A DNA stretch of 64,000 bases from Eledone cirrhosa. Lineage: Eukaryota. The notes under the pieces are model-generated. The model had not been told where the DNA came from. It saw only the letters and a list, made by a program, of their open reading frames with translations, and searched no databases. Every line of letters begins with the position of its first letter. Position 1 is the stretch's first letter. Below are positions 15,001 to 28,067 of the stretch, one piece after another. The DNA lies in contig OZ024741.1 of NCBI GenBank assembly GCA_964016885.1, forward strand, positions 21,514,001 to 21,578,000. The letters are read 5' to 3'. The translations under genes and the position numbers were made by a program.

Positions 15001-18000
15001 CCAAGACACTTTATTACATGTTATGTTCTACACCATGACATTTTATTACATGTTGTGTTCTCAACCAAGACACTTTATTACATGTTGTGTTCTCAAGCAA
15101 CACACTTTATTACATGTGTTCTCAACCAAGACACTTTATTACAAGTGTTCTCAACCATGACACTTTATTACATGTGTTCTCAACTAATACACTTTATTAC
15201 ATGTTGTGTTCTCAACCAAGACACTTTATTACATGTGTTCTCAAGCAAGACACTTCATTACATGTGTTCTCAAGCAAGACACTTTATTACATGTGTTCTC
15301 AAGCAAGACACTTTGTTACATGTGTTCTCAAGCAAGACACTTTATTACATGTGTTCTCAACCAAGGCACTTTATTACATGTTGTGTTCTCAACCAAGACA
15401 CTTTATTACATGTGTTCTCAAGCATGACACTTTACTACATGTTGTGTTCTCAATCATGACACTTTATTACATGTTATGTTCTCAACCAAGACACTTTATT
15501 ACATGTGTTCTCAAGCAAGACACTTTATTACATGTTGTGTTCTCAACCAAGACACTTCATTACATGTTATGTTCTCAACCATGAGACTTTATTACATGTG
15601 TTCTCAACCATGACACTTTACTACATGTGTTATCAATCATGACACTTTATTACATGTTATGTTCTCAACCAAGACTCTTTATTACATGTTGTGTTCTCAA
15701 CCAAGGCACTTTATTACATGTTATGTTCTCAACAAAGACATTTTATTACATGTGTTCTCAACCAAGACACTTTATTACATGTTGTGTTCTCAACGAAGAC
15801 ACTTTATTACATGTGTTCTCAACCAAGACAATTTATTACATGTGTTCTCAACCAAGACACTTTATTACATGTTATGTTCTCAACCAAGACACTTTATTAC
15901 ATGGGTTCTCAAGCAAGACACTTTATTACATGTTATGTTCTCAACCAAGGTACTTTAATACATGTGTTCTCAAGCAAGACACTTTGTTACATCTGTTCAC
16001 AAGCAAGACACTTTATTACATGTGTTCTCAACCAAGGCACTTTATTACATGTTGTGTTCTCAACCAAGACACTTTATTACATGTGTTCTCAACCAAGACA
16101 CTTTATTACATGTTATGTTCTCAACCAAGACACTTTATTACATGTGTTCTCAACCAAGACACTTTATTACATGTGTTCTCAACCAAGACACTTTATTACA
16201 TGTTGTGTTCTCAAGCAATACATTTATTACATGTGTTCTCAACCAAGACACTTTTTTACATGTTATGTTCTCAACCAAGACACTTTATTACATGTGTTCT
16301 CTACCAAGACACTTTACTACATGTTGTGTTCTCAACCATGACACTTTATTACGTTATGTTCTCAACCAAGACACTTCATTACATGTGTTCTCAAGCAAGA
16401 CACTTTATTACATGTGTTCTCAACCAAGACTCTTTATTATATGTTATGTTCTCCACCATGACACTTTCTTACATGTTATGTTCTCAACCAAGACACTTTA
16501 TTACATGTGTTCTCAAGCAAGACACTTTATTACATGTTGTGTTCTCTACCAAGACACTTTACTACATGTTGCTTTCTCAACCATTACACTTTATTACATG
16601 TTATGTTCTCAACCAAGACACTTTGTTACATGTGTGCTCAAGCAAGACACTTTATTACATGTGTTCTCAACCAAGACACTTTATTACATGTTATGTTCTC
16701 AACCATGACACTTTACTACATGTTGTGTTCTCAACCATGACACTTCATTACATTTTGTCTTCTCAACCATGATACTTTATTACATGTTGTGTTCTCAACC
16801 AAGACACTTTATTACATGTTATGTTCTCAACCATGTCACTTTATTACATGTTGTGTTCTCAACCATGACACTTTATTACATGTTATGTTCTCAACCAAGA
16901 CACTTTATTACATGTTATGTTCTCAACCAAGACACTTTATTACATGTTGTGTTCTCAACCAAGACACTTTACTACATGTGTTTTCAACCATGACACTTTA
17001 CTACATGTTGTGTTCTCAACCATGACACTTTATTACATGTGTTCTCAACCAAGACACTTTATTACATGTGTTCTCAACCAAGACACTTTATTACATGTTA
17101 TGTTCTACACCATGACACTTTATTACATGTTGTGTTCTCAACCAAGACACTTTATTACATGTTGTGTTCTCAAGCAACACACTTTATTACATGTGTTCTC
17201 AACCAAGACACTTTATTACAAGTGTTCTCAACCATGACACTTTATTACATGTGTTCTCAACTAATACACTTTATTACATGTTGTGTTCTCAACCAAGACA
17301 CTTTATTACATGTGTTCTCAAGCAAGACACTTCATTACATGTGTTCTCAAGCAAGACACTTCATTACATGTGTTCTCAAGCAAGACACTTTATTACATGT
17401 GTTCTCAAGCAAGACACTTTGTTACATGTGTTCTCAAGCAAGACACTTTATTACATGTGTTCTCAACCAAGGCACTTTATTACATGTTGTGTTCTCAACC
17501 AAGACACTTTATTACATGTGTTCTCAAGCATGACACTTTACTACATGTTGTGTTCTCAATCATGACACTTTATTACATGTTATGTTCTCAACCAAGACAC
17601 TTTATTACATGTGTTCTCAAGCAAGACACTTTATTACATGTTGTGTTCTCAACCAAGACACTTCATTACATGTTATGTTCTCAACCATGAGACTTTATTA
17701 CATGTGTTCTCAACCATGACACTTTACTACATGTTGTGTTATCAATCATGACACTTTATTACATGTTATGTTCTCAACCAAGACTCTTTATTACATGTTG
17801 TGTTCTCAACCAAGGCACTTTATTACATGTTATGTTCTCAACAAAGACATTTTATTACATGTGTTCTCAACCAAGACACTTTGTTACATGTTGTGTTCTC
17901 AACGAAGACACTTTATTACATGTGTTCTCAACCAAGACAATTTATTACATGTGTTCTCAACCAAGACACTTTATTACATGTTATGTTCTCAACCAAGACA

Positions 18001-21000
18001 CTTTATTACATGGGTTCTCAAGCAAGACACTTTATTACATGTTATGTTCTCAACCAAGGTACTTTAATACATGTGTTCTCAAGCAAGACACTTTGTTACA
18101 TCTGTTCACAAGCAAGACACTTTATTACATGTGTTCTCAACCAAGGCACTTTATTACATGTTGTGTTCTCAACCAAGACACTTTATTACATGTTTTGTTC
18201 TCAACCAAGACACTTTATTACATGTTATGTTCTCAACCAAGACACTTTATTACATGTGTTCTCAACCAAGACACTTTATTACATGTTGTGTTCACAAGCA
18301 ATACATTTATTACATGTGTTCTCAACCAAGACACTTTTTTACATGTTATGTTCTCAACCAAGACACTTTATTACATGTGTTCTCTACCAAGACACTTTAC
18401 TACATGTTGTGTTCTCAACCATGACACTTTATTACATGTTATATTCTCAACCAAGACACTTTATTACATGTGTTCTCAAGCAAGACACTTTATTACATGT
18501 TGTGTTCTCAACCAAGACACTTCATTACATGTTATGTTCTCAACCATGACACTTTATTACATGTGTTCTCAACCATGACACTTTACTACATGTGTTCTCA
18601 ATCATGACACTTTATTACATGTTGTGTTCTCAACCAAGACACTTTATTACATGTTATGTTCTCAACAAAGACATTTTATTACATGTGTTCTCAACCAAGA
18701 CACTTTATTACATGTTGTGTTCTCAACCAAGACACTTTATTACATGTGTTCTCAACCAAGACACTTTATTACATGTTATGTTCTCAACCAAGACACTTTA
18801 TTACATGTGTTCTCAACCAAGACACTTTATTACATGTTGTGTTCTCAACCATGACACTTTATTACATGTTGTGTTCTCAACCAAGACACTTTATTACATG
18901 TTATGTTCTCAACCAAGACACTTTATTACATGTCTTCTCAAGCAAGACACTTTATTACATATGTTCTCAACCAAGACACTTTATTACATGTTATGTTCTC
19001 AACCAAGACACTTTATTACATGTCTTCTCAACCAAGACACTTTATTACATGCGTTCTCAACCATGACACTTTATTACATGTTATGTTCTCAACCATGTCA
19101 CTTTATTACATGTTGTGTTCTCAACCAAGGCACTTTATTACATGTTATGTTCTCAACAAAGACATTTTATTACATGTGTTCTCAACCAAGACACTTTATT
19201 ACATGTTGTGTTCTCAACCAAGACACTTTATTACATGTGTTCTCAACCAAGACACTTTATTACATGTGTTCTCAAGCAAGACACTTTATTACATGTGTTC
19301 TCAACCATGACACTTTATTACATGTTGTGTTCTCAACCAAGACTCTTTATTATATGTTATGTTCTCAACCATGACACTTTATTACATGTGTTCTCAAGCA
19401 TGACACTTTACTACATGTTGTGTTCTCAATCATGACACTTTATTACATGTTATGTTCTCAACCAAGACACTTTATTACATGTGTTCTCAAGCAAGACACT
19501 TTATTACATGTGTTCTCAACCAAGACACTTCATTACATGTTATGTTCTCAACCATGACACTTTATTACATGTGTTCTCAACCATGACACTTTACTACATG
19601 TTGTGTTATCAATCATGACACTTTATTACATGTTATGTTCTCAACCAAGACTCCTTATTACATGTTGTGTTCTCAACCAAGACACTTTATTACATGTTAT
19701 GTTCTCAACAAAGACATTTTATTACATGTGTTCTCAACAAAGACACTTTATTACATGTTGTGTTCTCAACCAAGACTCTTTATTACATGTGTTCTCAACC
19801 AAGACACTTTATTACATGTGTTCTCAACCAAGACACTTTATTACATGTTGTGTTCTCAACCATGACACTTTATTACATGTTGTGTTCTCAACCAAGACAC
19901 TTTATTACATGTTATATTCTCAACCAAGACACTTTATTACATGTCTTCTCAAGCAATACATTTATTACATGTGTTCTCAACCAAGACACTTTTTTACATG
20001 TTATGTTCTCAACCAAGACACTTTATTACATGTGTTCTCTACCAAGACACTTTACTACATGTTGTGTTCTCAACCATGACACTTTATTACATGTTATGTT
20101 CTCAACCAAGACACTTCATTACATGTGTTCTCAAGCAAGACACTTTATTACATGTGTTCTCAACCAAGACTCTTTATTATATGTTATGTTCTCAACCATG
20201 ACACTTTATTACATGTGTTCTCAAGCATGACACTTTACTACATGTTGTGTTCTCAATCATGACACTTTATTACATGTTATGTTCTCAACCAAGGCACTTT
20301 ATTACATGTGTTCTCAAGCAAGACACTTTATTACATGTTGTGTTCTCAACCAAGACACTTCATTACATGTTATGTTCTCAACCATGACACTTTATTACAT
20401 GTGTTCTCAACCATGACACTTTACTACATGTGTTCTCAATCATGACACTTTATTACATGTTATGTTCTCAACCAAGACACTTTATTACATGTGTTCTCAA
20501 CCAAGACACTTTATTACATGTGTTCTCAACCAAGACACTTTATTACATGTTGTGTTCTCAACCATGACACTTTATTACATGTTGTGTTCTCAACCAAGAC
20601 ACTTTATTACATGTTGTGTTCTCAACCAAGACACTTTATTACATGTTATGTTCTCAACAAAGACATTTTATTACATGTGTTCTCAACCAAGACACTTTAT
20701 TACATGTTGTGTTCTCAACCAAGACACTTTATTACATGTGTTCTCAACCAAGACACTTTATTACATGTGTTCTCAACCAAGACACTTTATTACATGTTGT
20801 GTTCTCAACCATGACACTTTATTACATGTTGTGTTCTCAACCAAGACACTTTATTACATGTTGTGTTCTCAACCAAGACACTTTATTACATGTTGTGTTC
20901 TCAACCAAGACACTTTATTACATGTCTTCTCAAGCAAGACACTTTATTACATATGTTCTCAACCAAGACACTTTATTACATGTTATGTTCTCAACCAAGA

Positions 21001-23756
21001 CACTTTATTACATGTGTTCTCAACCAAGACGCTTTATTACATGCGTTCTCAACCATGACACTTTATTACATGTTATGTTCTCAACCATGACACTTTATTA
21101 CATGTTATGTTCTCAACCAAGACACTTTATTACATGTGTTCTCAACCAAGACACTTTATTACATGTTATGTTCTCAACCAAGACACTTTATTGCATGTTG
21201 TGTTCTCAACCATGACACTTTATTACATGTTATTTTCTCAACCAAGCCACTTTATTACATGTTATGTTCTCAACCATGACACTTTATTACATGTTGTGTT
21301 CTCAACCATGACACTTTATTACATGTTGTGTTCTCAACCATGACACTTTGTTACATTTTGTCTTCTCAACCATGATACTTTATTACATGTTGTGTTCTCA
21401 ACCAAGACACTTTATTACATGTTGTGCTCTCAACCAAGACACTTTATTACATGTTGTGTTCTCTACCAAGACACTTTATTACATGTTATGTTCTCAACCA
21501 TGACACTTTATTACATGTGTTCACAACCATGACACTTTATTACATGTGTTCTCAACCAAGACACTTTATTACGTGTTCTCAACCAAGACACTTTATTACA
21601 TGTTACGTTCTCAACCAAGACAATTTATTACATGTTGTGTTCTCAACCAAGACACTTTACTACATGTTGTGTTTTCAACCATGACACTTTACTACATGTT
21701 GTGTTCTCAACCATGACACATTATTACATGTTGTGTTCTCAACCATGACACTTTATTACATCTTGTGTTCTCAACCAAGACACTTTATTACATGTGTTCT
21801 CAACCAAGACACTTTATTACATGTTATGTTCTCAACCACCACACTTTATTACATGTGTTCTCAAGCAAGACACTTTATTACATGTGTTCTCATGCAAGAC
21901 ACTTTATTACATGTTATGTTCTCAACCATGACACTTTATTACATGTTATTTTCTCAACCATGACACTTTATTACTTGTTGTGTTGTCAACCAAGACACTT
22001 TATTACATGTTGTGTTCTCAAGCAAAACACTTTATTACATGTTGTGTTCTCAAGCAAGACACTTTATTACATGTGTTCTCAAGCAAGACACTTTATTACA
22101 TGTGTTCTCAAGCAAGACACTTTATTACATGTTGTGTTCTCAACCAAGACACTTTACTACATGTGTTCTCAACCAAGACACTTTATTACAAGTGTTCTCA
22201 ACCATGACACTTTATTATATGTGTTCTCAAGCAAGACACTTTATTACATGTTATGTTCTCAACCATGACACATTATTACATGTTATGTTCTCAACCATGA
22301 CACTTTATTACATGTTGTGTTCTCAACCAAGACACTTTATTACATGTTGTGTTCTCAAGCAAGACACTTTATTACATGTGTTCTCAAGCAAGACACTTTA
22401 TTACATGTGTTCTCAAGCAAGACACTTTATTACATGTTGTGTTCTCAACCAAGACACTTTACTACATGTGTTCTCAACCAAGACACTTTATTACAAGTGT
22501 TCTCAACCATGACACTTTATTACAAGTGTTCTCAACCCTGACACTTTATTACATGTGTTCTCAACTAATACACTTTATTACATGTTGTGTTCTCAACCAA
22601 GACACTTTATTACATGTTGTGTTCTCTACCAAGACACTTTACTACATGTTGTATTCTCAACCATGACACTTTACTAGATGTGTTCTCAACCAAGACACTT
22701 TATTACATGTTACGTTCTCAACCATGACACTTTACTACATGTTGTGTTCCCAAACAAGACACTTTATTACATGTGTTCTCAACCAAGACACTTTATTACA
22801 TGTTATGTTCTCAACCAAGACACTTTATTACATGTGTTCTCAAGCAAGACACTTTATTACACGTTGTGTTCTCGAGCAAGACGCTTTATTACATGTTATG
22901 TTCTAAACCAAGACAATTTATTACATGTTGTGTTCTCAACCAAGACACTTTACTACATGTGTTCTGAACCAAGACACTTTATTACATGTTATGTTCTCAA
23001 CCATGACACTTTATTACATGTGTTCACAACCATGACACTTTATTACATGTGTTCTCAAACAAGACACTTTATTACATGTTGTGTTCTCAAGCAAGACACT
23101 TTATTACATGTGTTCTCAAGCAAGACACTTTATTATATGTTGTGTTCTCAACCAAGACACTTTATTACATTTTATGTTCTCAACCCCGACACATTATTAC
23201 ATGTGTTCTCAACCAAGACACTTTATTACATGTTTTCTCAACCAAGACACTTTATTACATGTTGTGTTCTCAAGCAAGACACTTTATTACATGTGTTCGC
23301 AACCAAGACACTTTACTACATGTTGTGTTCTCAAGCAAGACACTTTATTACATGTTATGTTCTCAACCAAGACACTTTATTACATGTGTTCTCAACCAAG
23401 ACACTTTATTACATGTGTTCTCAACCAAGTCACTTTATTACATGTTGTGTTCTCAAGCAAGACACTTTATTACATGTGTTCTCAACCAAGACACTTTACT
23501 ACATGTGTTCTCAACCAAGACACTTTATTACATGTTATGTTCTCAACCAAGACACTTTATTACATGTTATATTCTCAACCAAGACACTTTATTACATGTT
23601 ATGTTCTCAACCAAGACACTTTATTACATGTTGTGTTCTCAACCATGACACTTTACTACATGTGTTCTCAAACAAGACACTTTATTACATGTTGTGTTCT
23701 CAAACAAGACACTTTATTACATGTGTTCTCAAACAAGACACTTTATTACATGTGTT
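1..23756. repeat. Large satellite array of mixed 29- and 32-bp monomers, consensus TGTTCTCAACCAAGACACTTTATTACATG with or without TTG/TTA; extends beyond the window start
   Basis: Continuous tandem monomers with recurrent variants (AAGC, CATG, AATC). Identical ORF-track blocks recur at fixed offsets such as 9958 bp. The array ends about 40 bp before a NOC3L splice acceptor. Confidence 0.99.
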
Positions 23757-23798
23757 TATTTATTAATAGTTCTTTGTTTGTTTGTTATTTTCATGTAG

Positions 23799-23871
23799 AT
23801 TTGCTCATTTTGTTAATATTGATTACTTTGAGGACCTTTTCAACACCCTGAAAAGTATGATTGCAAGTGAG
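23799..23871 (+). CDS. NOC3L: NOC3L homolog internal exon (FAHFVNIDYFEDLFNTLKSMIASE); upstream exons lie outside the window
   Basis: tgtag acceptor after a T-rich tract and GAG/gtgagt donor. The peptide matches the recalled NOC3L CBF-domain segment FAHLINVEFFDDL. Confidence 0.9.
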
Positions 23872-24502
23872 GTGAGTTTTTAACCCAATTAACACTGAAC
23901 CACCTCAAACTGTTCATTGTTTCTTTTAAAGTGTTTACCATCATCAAATTCATTTTACCCTATTCATTTTAAAACCTTCCACCATAGTTTTATGTATGAA
24001 CCTTTAACCCTTTTGTATTTACTCTATATTTATTGTTGTACTTTCACAGTAAAGGCTTAATCTCACATAATATCGAATCTATGAGATTTTGATATTATTT
24101 AATGAGTGATAATGGGGGAGATATGGGGGTGCAATGGTGGTGACAATAGCTGCTGGAGAGTGCCAATGGAAGGGGATGGGTCAGGCCACATTGTATGCTT
24201 GTATCCAGGTTTTCATCATCACAGCATAGCACCACTCTTTGCGGTCATTTCAGTTGTGAGGCTTAGTTTCTTATGGTCAGTCTTTACTACTTGGCCCCAT
24301 GGCCCCCAAGTTTTCCTGAGTCTGCCTCTTTCATGGGTCACAGCCACTAAGGTTTTTCTGCATCTCTTTATGCAGTTGCAATCTTCCATATGCAATAGAT
24401 GTCCATACGAGTGCAGTCTTCTCTCTTGCACACTTCATCTAATTCCTCTAATACCATAGGACTGGTCTTGCTACTGTGGTTTCATGTGATACAGGACATT
24501 AT

Positions 24503-25125
24503 CCCTTTAGCATTTAAACCAGTCATATCCGACCAAAATTCTCTCAACTCTTTCTGTTCAAACCTCTCATACTGATGTTAAAATATTGTTCTCAAGATAA
24601 ATAATATCAAGATCTCATAGATTCGATATTATGTGAAGTAAAGCCTTTACTGTGAAAGTATATTAAATATAGAGTAATGTAAATTCTAAAGCATTAAACT
24701 GGTCATACCCGACCCAAATTCTCTCCCCTTTTTTCTGTTCAAACTGACTATAACCAGTCGCTCATACCGGCATTAACATATCATTATCAAAATAAACAAT
24801 GTTCTCAAAATCTTGATATATTTAAGATTATATGAAATAAAGCCTTTACCTTGAAAATACAATAGTAAATATAGAGTAATGTAAATACTAAAGGGGGTTA
24901 AGAGTTAACCCTTTAGCATTTAAACCGGCCATATCCGGCCAGAATTCTCTCACCTTTTCTGTTCAAACCAGCTGTAACTGGTTGCTCATACTTATGTTAA
25001 GGTTTTGTTCTCAAAATAAATATCAAGATCTTGCAGATTCGATATTATGTGAGATAATTATGTGAAATAAAGTGTTTTCCATGAAAATACAATAGTTAAT
25101 ATAGAGTAATGTAAATGCTAAAGGG
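24503..25125. mobile_element. Three tandem copies of a ~200-bp TTAA-specific (piggyBac-like) MITE; the third copy at 24909-25125 is intact
   Basis: 14-bp TIR CCCTTTAGCATTTA/TAAATGCTAAAGGG with TTAA on both sides of the third copy. A reversed partial copy lies at ~24005-24100. Confidence 0.88.
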
Positions 25126-25211
25126 TTAAGATATCATTAAGTCATAAACATGTCTATGCTAGCTATTTGATATTTTGAATGTTAATATTTGTAAATGTTT
25201 GTCTTTTTCAG

Positions 25212-25347
25212 AAATTGACCTTGCAACAGACTATGCAGTGTACTCTAACAGCTTTCATGATACTTTCTGGACAAGGAAATGTTTTAAACATTGATCCAGT
25301 ACATTTTTACAAATATTTCTACCACAGAATTACATCTTTAAGTGCAG
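25212..25347 (+). CDS. NOC3L: NOC3L exon (KLTLQQTMQCTLTAFMILSGQGNVLNIDPVHFYKYFYHRITSLSA)
   Basis: tttttcag acceptor and CAG/gtaaaa donor. Carries the conserved TAFxILSGQGxVLNIDP motif and is in phase with its neighbours. Confidence 0.95.
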
Positions 25348-25545
25348 GTAAAAAGACACATTTAACCCTTTCAGACACTGTCTATGTCATTAACCCTTCC
25401 TTAACTACATTTCTAATGAAAGACGTTGTCTATGTGTTTAACCCTTTCATGGGTGCATTTCTAATGAAATACACTCTGTTTCAATTAATTAATGAAGAAT
25501 TTCAAGTGATTTGTTAAAATGATTAATTATTTCATATAAAATTAT

Positions 25546-25711
25546 AATAATAATGAAATTATTGTGTACAGTGCTCAGGTGCACTGCAACTCATCAAAGG
25601 TGCATGTATAGTACATAGAGTAATATACAAATGTCAGGAAAGTGAATAGTGTATGAGTCGTGATATACATGTGTGCGTGTGTATGGAGGGGGAATATTAG
25701 GTGTAGTGTTG
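25546..25711 (-). mobile_element. Inverted 3' end of the same CR1 family; another copy lies at ~38022-38150 (-)
   Basis: Reverse complement of 26212-26377 with scattered mismatches. Confidence 0.92.
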
Positions 25712-26377
25712 TCTTAGCATTTTTCAGCAAGACCTTTGTCCACCGCTCTCCAGCCATCTATTTAAAGCTGTATATAGCTATGGTGCAGCCACACTTAGAA
25801 TTTGCATCATCAGTCTGGAACCCCTATCTTGTTCAGAACATTGACCGCCTGGAAACTGTTCAGGGACGTGCAACCAAGCGAATACCCTCCATCAGGTATC
25901 TACCATACTCTGAACGCCTTGCTTCCCTGGGCATGGATATATTGAAGCTCCGACGTCTGGCAACTGACTTGGTAAACACCCACAAAATTATTAACCATCT
26001 TACCAACAACAACACTGAGTACCTTTTTGCTTTCCATGTGTCTAACACACGTGGACATGCCAACCAAGTCAGAAAACAGCACAGCTCCCATGACTTTCAA
26101 AAACATTTTTTCACGCTCAGAGTTGCTGAAGCATGGAACAAACTACCTGCGTCAGTTGTTAGCTGTCGAAACACTGCATCCTTTAAAACCTCCATGCTTC
26201 CTGAGATTCGCCAACACCACACCTGATATTCCCCCTCCATACTCATGCACAGATGTATATCATGACTCATACACTAATCACTTCCCTGACATTTGTATAT
26301 TATTCTATGTACTATACATGCACCTTTGATGAGTTGTAGTGCACCTGAGCACTGTACACAATAATTTCATTATTATT
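25712..26377 (+). mobile_element. 5'-truncated CR1-group LINE: ORF2 C-terminus, 3' UTR and (ATT)n tail
   Basis: LY..MVQPHLEFASSVWNP, LETVQGRATK, YSERL, TRGH and FFTLRVAEAWNKLP are CR1 C-terminal motifs. Confidence 0.92.
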
Positions 26378-26565
26378 GGCAGTATCGGTAGAGGGTCGGA
26401 CGCCATGTTTTGCAGCAAAGAGTTACGACCCTTTATGGTCTGAGTTCAAATCCCGCTGAGGTTTACTTTGCCTTTCATCCTTACGGGGTCGATAAAATAA
26501 AGTACCAGTAATACACTGGTGAATTGCTGGCCTTGTGCCAAAAGTAGAAGCAATTATTATTATTA
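26378..26565 (+). mobile_element. tRNA-derived SINE, family A (the most abundant family here, at least 15 full or partial copies)
   Basis: B-box-like GAGTTCAAATCCC, core CTTTGCCTTTCATCC..GGGGTCGATAAAATAAAGTACCAGT and an ATT tail. Other copies at ~28255-28420(-), 32975-33500(-, three), 40620-40820, 42060-42200, 42663-42865, 48250-48452, 51772-51960 and 59560-59690. Confidence 0.9.
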
Positions 26566-27237
26566 AAATTGCCCCCCTCATCACACTGTTATATTAGTGC
26601 CACAATAAAATGCACCCAGTTTGCACTGTAAGATAGTAGTAGTGTTTGTGCCATGATAAGAAGCACTCAATACATCCTGTAAGGTGGTAGTGTTGGTGCC
26701 ACAACAAAAAGCACCCAATACACCCCCCAAAAAACAGCCAGATTGCTCTGTAAAGTGTGTCAGCATCACAATAAAATGTTCCCAGTACATGCTGTAAAGT
26801 GGTTGGCATTAGAAAGGACATCCAGCCATAGAAACCAAACCAAACCAAAAATGGAGTGTACAAGGAAGATATGATCTCTTGACCTGTTGAGCCTTAATAC
26901 ATGACAGCCCACCTAACCCCTGCAAAGATGGAAAATTGATGTTAAATTGTGATAACAATGATAATGACACTTTAATGTGAATAGGGAGCCTTTAAAATAG
27001 AATTAGGGGCAGGTTGATACCAAAAGGGTTAAATGTGTTGGTTTTTATGAAAATATTTTACCTTGTGGGTTGGTTGTCATTGTTTTATATAGGGACCCTT
27101 TAAAATAGAACTAGGGGTTGGTTGGTGAGGATATCTGTTTGACCTTGTGGGTTGGTTGTCATTGTTTTATATAGGGACCTTTTAAAATAGAAAGAGACAC
27201 TGACGCGCCATGCCCCCCCCCCCCCCCCCCCCCCCAA

Positions 27238-27388
27238 AGGTGAAAGTGCATGGTTTAGTGGTTAGAGCATTGGGCTTGCAATCGAAAGGTTGTGAATTCA
27301 ATTCTCAGACCGGGTGATGTGTTGTTTCCTTGAGCAAGACACTTTATTTCACGTTGCTCCAGTTTACTCAGCTGTAGAAATGAGATGA
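27238..27388 (+). mobile_element. tRNA-derived SINE, family B, with a CORE-like segment
   Basis: A-box-like TGGTTTAGTGG, B-box-like GAATTCAATTC, and CCTTGAGCAAGACACTT resembling the CORE domain. Other copies (-) at 27812-27965, ~34745-34890, 52720-52856 and 59300-59522. Confidence 0.88.
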
Positions 27389-28067
27389 CAGGACTGAGGT
27401 CCCTATCATTAAATCACCCAAGACACCAACGAGATATACCTTGGAGGAGGCCAGCTAAACCTGCATAGGTGTGAGCTGTCACTCACACACGCACTTTAAA
27501 ATAGAACTAGGGGTTGGTTGGTGAGGATATCTGTTTGACCTTGTGGGTTGGTTGTCATTGGTTTATATCATCATCATCATTTCATTTTACGTCCGCTTTT
27601 CCCTGCTTGCAAGGGTGGGACGGGAACTGATTCTGGCTTGATTTCTACAGCTGGATGCCCTTCCTAACACCAATCTCATTTACAGTGAGTGCTGGGTGCT
27701 TTTTTTCTGTGGCGCCTACACGTCCACTTTACATTGTGAGCTGGGTGCTTTTTTGCTGTGGCACCTCCACGACCACTCTACAGTGGAATGATATGGATCC
27801 CAGTCCCTATTATCTCATTTCTACAGCTGAGTAAACTGGAGCAATGTGAAATAAAGTGTCTTGCTCAAGGAAACAACACATCACCCGGTCTGAGAGTCTG
27901 AGAATTGAACTCACAACATTTTGATTGCAAGGCCAATGCTCTAACCACTAAGCCATGTGCCTCCATATTTTATATATTATTCTAACTTTGCAGGTAATAA
28001 ATATTGCTTAAGTTGTAGACTTTTACAGGCAGAAAATAATAAGGTGGTCTTTTCTTTTATATTCCAG

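Noticed and set aside
1-23756. Dozens of overlapping ORFs (MFSTKTLYYM..., CSQPRHFIT...)
   Set aside because: Translations of a 29/32-bp satellite. The same peptides cycle through all three frames.
1-23756. CRISPR-like array (unit length about 30 bp)
   Set aside because: The monomers are contiguous with no unique spacers, there are no cas genes, and the context is eukaryotic. The same applies to the 48- and 55-bp arrays.
27245-27315. tRNA genes
   Set aside because: These are SINE heads with A/B-box-like motifs that continue into SINE bodies. No full cloverleaf.
28029-28043. 15-nt microexon or alternative acceptor in NOC3L
   Set aside because: It would leave a 24-nt intron and introduces an in-frame TAA.
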